From an uncultured Deinococcales bacterium (GTDB taxonomy: Bacteria; Deinococcota; Deinococci; Deinococcales; JAAFIG01), in assembly GCA_964247135.1 (NCBI GenBank), contig CAXTTL010000140.1:1-12630 (forward strand): 12,630 nt of DNA, given 5' to 3'. The position numbers were made by a program, and so were the translations under genes. The first letter of the stretch is position 1. Every line of letters begins with the position of its first letter. Positions 1 to 7,310 of the stretch are shown here, piece after piece. Under the pieces are notes generated by a model. The model was not told where the DNA came from. It did not search any database and saw nothing but the letters and a program-made list of their open reading frames with translations.

Positions 1-117
1 AAGCCTGTCCTAAAACGAATGCAAACCCCACTCAGAAAATTCGAGTAAATGCTTTCCTTACAGCTTGGAGCTTATAGCCCCAATTACGTCAATCCCCCAA
101 AACCCAAAGGAGACCCC

Positions 118-906
118 ATGTACACCTCCGAATTCACCTACCACAAAGCCTCGAGCGTATCCGACGCGCTGGCGCAACTTGCCTCCAACCCCGATGCGAA
201 ATTGCTGGCGGGTGGACACTCGCTGATTCCAACCATGAAGTTGCGGCTCGCCAGTCCGAGTGCGCTCATTGATGTCTCGAGCTTGCCCGAATTGCGCGGT
301 ATTCGTACCGAGGGCGACACGATCATCATTGGGGCGATGACCACGCACCGCGAACTCGAGTTCTCAAAAGTGCCATTGCTCAGTGAAGTTGCGCCGCTCA
401 TTGGCGATCCGATGGTGCGCAACAAGGGCACGATTGGTGGCGCTCTGGCGCACGCCGACCCGTCCGCCGATTACCCAGCCGCGATTTTGGCTTTAAACGC
501 CAAACTGAAAATCCAATCCTCGAGTGGCTCGAGGGTCGTGACCGCCGATGAATTCTTCCAGGGCATGTTCACCACCGCACTCGCCCCAGGAGAGATGCTG
601 ACCGAAATTCATATTCCAGCCAGCGTGAAAGGTGCAGCTTACGAAAAGTTCGCTCACCCAGCCAGCCGTTACGCGATTGCAGGCGTTGCCGTTGTGGTGC
701 ATTCAGATGGCAGCCTTCGCGCCGCCGTCACGGGTGCGGGCGACCACGCCATGCGCCTCACCAAACTCGAGTCCGAAGGCGTCTCGAGCGCCTGCAAAGG
801 TCTGGTCAGTGCCAGCGACCTGATGGGCGATCACTTTGCCAGCGCCGAGTACCGCGCCCATCTGGTGGACGTGATGGCAAGCAAAGCTTTGGCTCGAGCG
901 AAGTAA
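118..906 (+). CDS. coxM: Xanthine dehydrogenase/aerobic CO dehydrogenase family FAD-binding medium subunit (CoxM/CutM-like), 262 aa
   Basis: AAGGAG at 107-112 precedes ATG 118, a better start than 49. FAD-binding motifs KLLAGGHSLIPTMKLR and IGDPMVRNKGTIGGALAHADPSADYPA, plus C-terminal SAEYRAHL. The family is clear but the substrate is not; large and small subunits are not in the window. Confidence 0.92.
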   Translation: MYTSEFTYHKASSVSDALAQLASNPDAKLLAGGHSLIPTMKLRLASPSALIDVSSLPELRGIRTEGDTIIIGAMTTHRELEFSKVPLLSEVAPLIGDPMVRNKGTIGGALAHADPSADYPAAILALNAKLKIQSSSGSRVVTADEFFQGMFTTALAPGEMLTEIHIPASVKGAAYEKFAHPASRYAIAGVAVVVHSDGSLRAAVTGAGDHAMRLTKLESEGVSSACKGLVSASDLMGDHFASAEYRAHLVDVMASKALARAK

Positions 907-918
907 AATTCTAAACTG

Positions 919-956
919 AAACTGGGGCATCGTTTCTCAAGATGCCCCAGTTTTTT
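919..956. terminator. Intrinsic terminator, likely bidirectional
   Basis: Perfect 13-bp stem AAACTGGGGCATC (919-931) / GATGCCCCAGTTT (941-953), 9-nt loop, T6 at 951-956. Lies between convergent genes ending at 906 and 968. Confidence 0.9.
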
Positions 957-967
957 ATGCCTCGAGA

Positions 968-1702
968 TTACGGGCAGGGCTGATTTGTCATGGCGGCATA
1001 CTGAATCCCACTGACTGCATCGGTCTTGCGGTTGTTCCGAACGCAAGCATGTACATCTGTGGGCAACTTGCCACCCTTTTGTTCGATCATGATTGCCAAC
1101 AAACCAATTGCTGGGGCTGTCGAGAATGACGATCCGGTAATGCCAAGACTCGAGGGCAAAGGCTGACCGAGCAGGCATCGATAGCCCGTAACACTGTCAG
1201 GGCACAAACTCACACCCTGCGTGAACACGTCCGCGTTGGCTCGGGTGTTAAACGCCGCGATTCGGTAAGCGCCGTTGTACCAACCGACCGAAGCCACCGA
1301 GATCACATTGGCTAAACTCGGTTGACCGGTGATGGCAACGCCGCTCGAGTAATTGGCAGGATATTGTGCTGGGGCGCGAGGCGCATTGCCCCCCGAGGCG
1401 AACACGGGCATGTTGTGCCGCACCCGCAGCAACTCGAGCAGCGCGAACATGATGTTGTTCGGCAGTGGGCTGCCAAGGCTCATGTTGATGATGTTGGGCT
1501 GGGTTGGATTGCTTGCAAGCACTTGCATCAAGGCTTTGCCAAGGTCTGAAGCTTTGCAGGTGCCACTCGAGTTGCAAGCCATGTAGCTTTGAAAGGTTAC
1601 ACCTGGCGCGATGGTTTGAATTCAGCTTTTGACGTGCGTGTCGTGTTTGGCAAAACTGTAATTGGGTAGGCATGTAAAAGTATCCGCTGTGTCCACGCCG
1701 AC
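968..1702 (-). pseudogene. Subtilisin-like (S8) peptidase domain, interrupted by an in-frame TGA at 1624-1622 and lacking its own signal/propeptide (open part 968..1621, first ATG 1582)
   Basis: Manual translation reads VGVDTAD (Asp motif), KHDTHVKS*IQTIAPGV (HGTHVA..IAP-type His motif), IINMSLGS, ASGGN (oxyanion Asn), YPANY, VISVASVG and GITGSSFSTAPA (GTSxA-type Ser motif), all in the frame of the upstream regulator. Confidence 0.78.
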
Positions 1703-3088
1703 GGCTTCATAAAACCCTGCGGCTTTCTTAAACCTCGAGATGGCTTCGCTAAAATTCCCACCCGAACTCGAGACCCAACCGATGGTGTTGTACGCGGTGG
1801 CTTTTGCCCATAAGTCGCCCGAACCGTTGTTCAGGACAGATTCGGCGGTCAGTCGCGCTTCGGCGGTTTTGCCCGCACGCCACAACAAGCCCGACTTTAA
1901 CGCCATGATTCTCGAGGTTTGATGCAAGATTGCCAGGTTCTGCACGACTTCCAAAGCCTCTTTGAAACGCCCTGAACGCTCGAGCGCATAAGCGTACAAG
2001 AAGGTACTTTCGGGTTCGGGGTCGATGCCCGTCACGCGTTCGGCGCTGCGAACCTCCTCGAGCAGTGTTATCACTTTGGCAAACTCGAGTTGGTTCATGT
2101 GCATCTGGGCTTGGGCGCAGTAAGCGGTTCTGGCTTTTGCCATGTCGCCCAAACCACCAAAGCCTTGGGTGTCATGATAAATGCGATTGTAAAGTAAAAA
2201 CGCATCTTCAGGCGGGGTCGCTCGAGCCATCGCAATCACCAGGGGCGAGCGTTCGCTGGGGTGATTTTCAAGCCAACTCGAGGCGAGTTCTGGGGTTAGC
2301 ACTCGAGCGCTCGTGTCGATCAAACCTGACATGAGAAGCCTTTCTTGGGCTTCGGCGAGTTCGTTGAGTGTTAACTCGAGCGCATTGCGGATGATCGACA
2401 GATTGGGTTGGGCTTGCAAACTGAGTGCCAGAAAAACACTGCGTTGTTTGACGGACAAATCTTCAATTCCGGCTTTCAAACTGCGCTCGAGATTCTTGTT
2501 GAAATCACTCTTGGTGCTCGAGAGTAAACGCTGCAACCGTGCCAAATTGACAGGCTCGAGTTCGGGCGCTTCGGGCAGTTGATACGCCCGTTCTGCCAGG
2601 GCTTTGGCGGCTTGGGTGTTGTTTTCAAAAAGGTGTGATTCTGCCAGTTTGAGCATGGCAACTTGCGCCCGCTGCGCGAAGGATTCGCGTTTGAGTAACA
2701 CCCAATCCAGCAATTCTGAACTGACCTCGAGATCATCGGGCGGCTTGCCCAAATCGTGCAAGAACGGCGCTTGGTACAACTCGAGTGCCGCTTGAAGGTT
2801 GTCGTTTGCCAGCAATTCGAGGAATTCTTGCGCGTCACAACGAATCAAACTTGGCAAGGGATCAATGCCAGGTTGGCTCGAGATCACCTCACCAGCGCCC
2901 TCTTTTTTAAATTGCGAAAGCACCACGGACAAATTGCTTTTGGCTTTTTTGTCGCCCCAGAACAACTCGGCTAAGTGATCTCTGGTTTGCGCCCCCTCTA
3001 GCGTCAGGTACGCCAGCAACAGCAAAGGCTTGGGTCTGGAAAACCCAATGCCCTCGAGCTTCACCTTGCCGAACGTGATCAGTTGCAC
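1622..3088 (-). CDS. SARP/AfsR-like transcriptional regulator (winged helix + BTAD, second winged-helix-like segment, TPR repeats), 488 aa
   Basis: N-terminus RPKPLLLLAYLTLEG..TRDHLAELFW..KSNLSVVLSQF; BTAD-like CDAQEFL..ALELYQAPFL..LLDWVLLKRE; TPR-like helices AYALERSGRFKEAL, GLLWRAGKTAEA and AYNTIGWV..GNFSEAISRFKKA. GTG start. No Walker A motif seen. Confidence 0.85.
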   Translation of the reverse strand: MQLITFGKVKLEGIGFSRPKPLLLLAYLTLEGAQTRDHLAELFWGDKKAKSNLSVVLSQFKKEGAGEVISSQPGIDPLPSLIRCDAQEFLELLANDNLQAALELYQAPFLHDLGKPPDDLEVSSELLDWVLLKRESFAQRAQVAMLKLAESHLFENNTQAAKALAERAYQLPEAPELEPVNLARLQRLLSSTKSDFNKNLERSLKAGIEDLSVKQRSVFLALSLQAQPNLSIIRNALELTLNELAEAQERLLMSGLIDTSARVLTPELASSWLENHPSERSPLVIAMARATPPEDAFLLYNRIYHDTQGFGGLGDMAKARTAYCAQAQMHMNQLEFAKVITLLEEVRSAERVTGIDPEPESTFLYAYALERSGRFKEALEVVQNLAILHQTSRIMALKSGLLWRAGKTAEARLTAESVLNNGSGDLWAKATAYNTIGWVSSSGGNFSEAISRFKKAAGFYEAVGVDTADTFTCLPNYSFAKHDTHVKS

Positions 3089-3093
3089 ACGGC

Positions 3094-3099
3094 ATTTTA
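3094..3099 (-). promoter_or_regulatory. -10 box TAAAAT, probable leaderless promoter of the regulator
   Basis: Minus strand reads GCAG-TAAAAT-GCCGT-GTG: a TANNNT box 5 nt before the start codon, with no Shine-Dalgarno. This layout is common in Deinococcus-Thermus. Confidence 0.6.
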
Positions 3100-3116
3100 C
3101 TGCGCTTTGCCAAATG

Positions 3117-3135
3117 TTGTTAAGCGCTTGTTAAG
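3117..3135. promoter_or_regulatory. Tandem direct repeat TTGTTAAG-N3-TTGTTAAG (11-bp period), candidate SARP/OmpR-type operator
   Basis: Exact 8-mers at 3117-3124 and 3128-3135 in the 98-bp divergent intergenic region. Confidence 0.55.
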
Positions 3136-3186
3136 GGGTCGTTTTTGGGCGGGTTGCATCCTTTGCTTACCAGAAAGGACGTGCTT

Positions 3187-4515
3187 ATGAAAAAAGGTTT
3201 CAAACTTCTGCCCGCGTTGTTCGCCCTGTCCCTTGGAGGCGTGTTGATGCACAACGCGCCCGCTCAAGCCAAAGATTGTGATTGGAAAGTCAGCGGCAAG
3301 ATCAGCAGCCTGAACCTGTTGCCAGAACTGAAAACCAAGTTTGGCAGCAAGTCCTATCTCGAGAATCTGGAAGTCAAAGTCTCGGAAAAAGAAAAAGTGC
3401 TTGGCATTTGGGGAACGTTTAACGCGTGGGATGTCGTGCGCAGCAACTCGAGCGGGTCGTTTACTGCCAGCAACAGCAAAAACTGTGACCAACGACGATT
3501 TAAGGTCGAGGTGCGGTTTAACGACGATGACCTCGAGATTCACTGGGCAAAATCCACACAAATCCTGACCAAAGACGTGAAGTGGTATACGGTGCTTGAC
3601 GAAACAAATGGAGAACACCCAGCAGGACCAGTCAACCTTGGAGAGTTTACTTTTGGCACCAATAACCTTGACCTAAACGATTACGACGCGCATCACCATG
3701 CGGACATCTGGCAGGCGTATCACATGGTCATCGAGCACTTTAAAGGCATGGGGTCAGAATATGCTTTTAAAAGCAAAATCAAAGTCAAATACCCCAATGA
3801 TAGCGCGATTGTTGGTGCCGCCGAGGACAGTTACGCCAACCCAATCACAAAACATATTTACATTCACAAAGACGCAACCACCGATCAATTTAACCTGGAC
3901 ACGCTGTACCACGAGTTATTTCATGTTTGGGTATACGATCACTTTTCCGGCGAAGGCTGCCTGACCGAAACCCTGCTTATCAACGGCAGTACGCACGGAC
4001 CGGTCAACGACCCTTGCGTTGCGTTTAACGAAGGTGCAGCCGAGTGGGGTATGGGGCAACTCGAGCAGGTCTTGTTTGGCATGACTCCAGAACTGCCGTT
4101 CAGTCGGCAAGACTTGAAAAACAAAGGTGCCACGAACCTGGACTTGGTGCAACGTTTAGATGATGGCTGGCAATCGCTGTTGAGCACCATGACGTTGCCA
4201 GAGTTGAGCAAGTACAACTTTAACGGGACGGGCAACCACATCAGCTTTCAGTCACCCGCCCCAAGTGGATGCAGCAACCCAAGTAATGGCTTTCGCAAAG
4301 TCTTAAATGTCTTTCTCGAGAATCCAGACAAAGGCTTCAGAGCATTCCTTTCCAGAAACGAAACCACCATGGACAGTTTCTTGACCAGAAGCAACGCCAT
4401 TTTGGATAACTTTGGTACAAATTCAGTCAGTGATTTGCAGGTGCAAAACCTATACCTCGATCTGATTGACCCTAGCAAAACCACGCAACCTTCAAGCGTT
4501 TTGTGCGGCGGTTAA
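3187..4515 (+). CDS. Secreted gluzincin-type zinc metallopeptidase, 442 aa
   Basis: AAAGGA at 3174-3179 before ATG 3187. Sec signal peptide MKKGFKLLPALFALSLGGVLMHNAPAQA. HExxH motif YHELFH (3910-3924) and third-ligand motif AFNEGAAEW (~4021-4047). Confidence 0.8.
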   Translation: MKKGFKLLPALFALSLGGVLMHNAPAQAKDCDWKVSGKISSLNLLPELKTKFGSKSYLENLEVKVSEKEKVLGIWGTFNAWDVVRSNSSGSFTASNSKNCDQRRFKVEVRFNDDDLEIHWAKSTQILTKDVKWYTVLDETNGEHPAGPVNLGEFTFGTNNLDLNDYDAHHHADIWQAYHMVIEHFKGMGSEYAFKSKIKVKYPNDSAIVGAAEDSYANPITKHIYIHKDATTDQFNLDTLYHELFHVWVYDHFSGEGCLTETLLINGSTHGPVNDPCVAFNEGAAEWGMGQLEQVLFGMTPELPFSRQDLKNKGATNLDLVQRLDDGWQSLLSTMTLPELSKYNFNGTGNHISFQSPAPSGCSNPSNGFRKVLNVFLENPDKGFRAFLSRNETTMDSFLTRSNAILDNFGTNSVSDLQVQNLYLDLIDPSKTTQPSSVLCGG

Positions 4516-4585
4516 AGGCTTGACTCGATTCAGCATTGCGACTCGCAAGCTCGAGCTTCCGAAAGCTGGAAGCGAAAGGAGATGT

Positions 4586-5173
4586 ATGCAAAACAGTTCC
4601 CACGACAATTCTTACAGCCATTCACACGATCAAATCCATCAAGACAATTTGGCTTCTCAAACCAAAGCGCGTGTGCTGAAAGCCGTTGCTGGCTTATCGA
4701 GACTCGAGCAAAACCGTGTGACTCAGGATTTATTTATTGCTGAAGGTTGGAAGCTCTGGCAGTTGGGCGGCTTTTGTTTTGACGACGGTTCGGTGTTGTT
4801 GGGTTCGGGTTTGGGCTGGCAAACCCTGAGCGCACCTGAAGCTTCCAAGCTTTTGGACGATGAACTCAGGCAGCCGCTCAAGGTTTACCTGAGCTACAGC
4901 TTTGGTGGCAGTGACAGACGCGAAAAACGTACCGTCACCGAGGCACGAATTGAATTCTTGGAGCAAGCCAATTGCTGGAATCTGATGATCGAATACGAAG
5001 CCTTCATGGACTCGCCCTTGTACGGTTTGAAAACCATCAGCTTCAAGAATTTGATAGCGCTCGAGCTACAAAACCTCTGTCTGGATACGGTCAAACCCAA
5101 CCAACGTTGGCGGCTCGAGCAGATTGCCCAGCACCCAGACTGGCTTGGCTTGCGAAGGGGGGCAGCATCATGA
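4586..5173 (+). CDS. Hypothetical protein with His-rich N-terminus, 195 aa, translationally coupled to the downstream PLP enzyme
   Basis: AAGGAG at 4576-4581 before ATG 4586. Its TGA overlaps the next ATG (ATGA, 5170-5173). No family recognised. Confidence 0.7.
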   Translation: MQNSSHDNSYSHSHDQIHQDNLASQTKARVLKAVAGLSRLEQNRVTQDLFIAEGWKLWQLGGFCFDDGSVLLGSGLGWQTLSAPEASKLLDDELRQPLKVYLSYSFGGSDRREKRTVTEARIEFLEQANCWNLMIEYEAFMDSPLYGLKTISFKNLIALELQNLCLDTVKPNQRWRLEQIAQHPDWLGLRRGAAS

Positions 5174-6621
5174 CCTCGAGCACGCTGGACATCAAAGCCA
5201 TCCGCCAACATTTTTTCTTCCCGAAACAAGGTCGGATTGTCACCAACAACGCCGCCAGCAGCCAACCGCCGCGAGAATTGCTCGAGTTGTACCGTTCGCT
5301 CGCGCCTGGTTATGAAAACATTCACCGTGGACAGTCGAGCGCCTCGCAAGCCATGACAAGATTATTCGAGTCCGCTTATGACACCATCGCCAGTTTCTTG
5401 AATGCCTCGAGCCGAGGCAACATTGGGCTTTACCGCAATACCACCGAAGCCATCAATGCCGTGATGTACTCGCTCCTGACCGAATTTCGAGATGGTGACA
5501 ACCTAGTCACGACCGCGATGGAGCACAACTCGAACTACGTGCCCTGGTACGCCATGTGCCGCGAGATTCTGCCGAAATTTGCACGGCGGGCTGAATACCG
5601 CATCGTGCGCTTTGACCCGAACACTGGCGAACTTGACCTCGAGCATCTGGCAGCGCTGATCGACCCCCGCACCAAGCTGGTGTGTTGCACGGGCGCTTCA
5701 AACTTTCTCGGCACGAAAAACCCACTTGGCACCATCCGCCAACTGGCAAACTCGAGCGGTTACGAGCAACCAAACGGCGAGCGACGCTCGTACCTGATGG
5801 TGGACGGCGCACAACTTGTTCCAGGCAATTTCGTTGATGTCCAAGCCCTCGACCTCGAGTACCTGTCGTTTTCGTTTCACAAGATGCTGGCTCCGTTTGG
5901 GATTGGGGTGTTGTACGCCAAAGCGCACCTGCTCGAGTCTTCGTTGCCGTTTTTGTACGGCGGGGACATGATTGCCGAGGGTCGGGTCTTGCCCGAACTG
6001 GTGGAATACAACGCGCTGCCTTGGAAGTACGCGGCTGGTACACCGAACATTCTTGGCACGATAGTCTCGGCGCAAGCCATGCGCTTGCTGCTCGACTTGG
6101 CATTGACGCCCAAACGATTGACTTACTTTCGCAGCGAAAAAGCCATCGAGCAATCCGCAGTCAAAGACGCCATGAATCGCGTGACCGCCTGGAATCAAGA
6201 CCTCACCGCCAGGGCGCTCGAGCGGCTCGAGACCATCCCAGGAATCACCATTTACGGACCGCGCGATGCCACGCGCCGCACCTCGCTGGTCGCCTTTAAC
6301 ATTGCGGGTCACGATCCGTTTGCTTTGGCGCAAGCTCTGAACCAGGCTGGTGTCGAATCGCGGGCGGGTTGTCACTGTGCGACCTTGGCGCACCATGCGC
6401 TTGGCTTGACACCGCCCGCAAGTTGTCGCCTGAGCTTTTACCTCTACAACACGCCACAAGAAGTTGATCTGGCGCTCGATGCACTCGAGGCGATTGTAGC
6501 TGGTCGCGTCAAACGAAAGACCTGGTGGCAGATCAACTTCAAACATCCTCACACTCAACCCCATCGAGATACCTGCTTGCTTGACCGACACGAACATCCG
6601 CAGGTTTCAAACCTCAGTTGA
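5170..6621 (+). CDS. Class V PLP-dependent enzyme, SufS/CsdA-like cysteine desulfurase/selenocysteine lyase, 483 aa
   Basis: Motifs NNAASSQPP, NIHRG, NTTEAIN, MEHNSNYVPW, VDGAQ, SFHKM (PLP Lys at 5881), GGDMI, AGTPNI, RAGCHCA (catalytic Cys loop, 6361-6381) and RLSFYLYNT. Start placed at ATG 5170 rather than 4972. Confidence 0.9.
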   Translation: MTSSTLDIKAIRQHFFFPKQGRIVTNNAASSQPPRELLELYRSLAPGYENIHRGQSSASQAMTRLFESAYDTIASFLNASSRGNIGLYRNTTEAINAVMYSLLTEFRDGDNLVTTAMEHNSNYVPWYAMCREILPKFARRAEYRIVRFDPNTGELDLEHLAALIDPRTKLVCCTGASNFLGTKNPLGTIRQLANSSGYEQPNGERRSYLMVDGAQLVPGNFVDVQALDLEYLSFSFHKMLAPFGIGVLYAKAHLLESSLPFLYGGDMIAEGRVLPELVEYNALPWKYAAGTPNILGTIVSAQAMRLLLDLALTPKRLTYFRSEKAIEQSAVKDAMNRVTAWNQDLTARALERLETIPGITIYGPRDATRRTSLVAFNIAGHDPFALAQALNQAGVESRAGCHCATLAHHALGLTPPASCRLSFYLYNTPQEVDLALDALEAIVAGRVKRKTWWQINFKHPHTQPHRDTCLLDRHEHPQVSNLS

Positions 6622-6807
6622 TCTCAATCAGGAAACTTCAGAGCGCTGTTAGGTGTTTGTCGCACACCTGGCTTTGGAACGGTGCGCTCGTTCAAGACCA
6701 CAACGATTGGAGTTGCTGCTCAACTCGAGCTTTGATTTCAGACTCAACACCGAACAGCCCAAGAAATCTCTGGTTTCTCGAGCCAATCATTTGAAAGGAA
6801 GACCAAC

Positions 6808-7074
6808 ATGCGAATGATTCAACCCAGCCCCACACATGTTTGCGAAAACCCGAATTGTGCGCTCGAGTGGGAAGTTAAACCTGATCCTGAAACGCGTGAA
6901 CTCTGGCATTTCCGAGGTCGCAAAGGTGTCTTCACCGTGGCATTCCACAAACCCACCTGTCCGCTTTGCGGCGAAAAACTCTTGGAGATTGCGGTACTCG
7001 AGTCAGCCATTGCCGATTTTCACCGACCGCTTTCGCTCGAGACACAACAAAATACGCAGTCAATTCGTCCCTGA
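6808..7074 (+). CDS. Small zinc-ribbon-like protein, 88 aa
   Basis: GAAAGGA at 6793-6799. Four Cys arranged CENPNC ... CPLCGE. Confidence 0.75.
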   Translation: MRMIQPSPTHVCENPNCALEWEVKPDPETRELWHFRGRKGVFTVAFHKPTCPLCGEKLLEIAVLESAIADFHRPLSLETQQNTQSIRP

Positions 7075-7310
7075 AATTCCGATTTCTTGGCTGGTCAAAT
7101 GAAAAGAGGTTGCCATTTGAATGATTCAACAGCGATTCGGCAGCAAGCCCTCAATTGCAATCTCGAGCAAGACCTGAAGGAGAATTGCGTTTTGCACCTT
7201 GATTCTCCTGCTCGATCCTGGCGCGTCACTCGAGGTCGGGACACCCGTCTTCAGTGCGTGACTGCCACTCAATCCCTTTGCTCGAGACCGAGCGAAAGCG
7301 AGGCACACCC

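Noticed and set aside
49-117. Longer N-termini from the ORF track (starts 49, 3145, 4466, 4972, 7254, 8663)
   Set aside because: Downstream starts (118, 3187, 4586, 5170, 7311, 8792) have an RBS or ATGA coupling and place signal peptides or family motifs at the N-terminus.
1580-1624. TGA as a selenocysteine codon, tempting given the nearby SufS-like gene
   Set aside because: The position corresponds to a small or hydrophobic helix residue after the S8 His motif, not a Cys. Only a 4-bp stem (AGGT-GTA-ACCT) follows, which is not a convincing SECIS.
5507-6597. Long antisense/alternate-frame ORFs (e.g. 5698..6597, 7269..8078, 9362..10027, 9909..10583, 3097..3618)
   Set aside because: They shadow well-supported genes, have no recognisable motifs, and are expected in GC-rich coding DNA.
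118-6621. SufS-like enzyme as the Moco sulfurase for the CoxM-containing enzyme
   Set aside because: The genes are separated by a terminator and three unrelated genes, and no xdhC/coxF is visible; proximity alone is insufficient.
6621-6670. Integron attC-like site (GTTAGGT at 6648-6654, stem AGGTGT/ACACCT)
   Set aside because: No matching RYYYAAC inverse core, no repetition in other spacers, and no integrase in the window.
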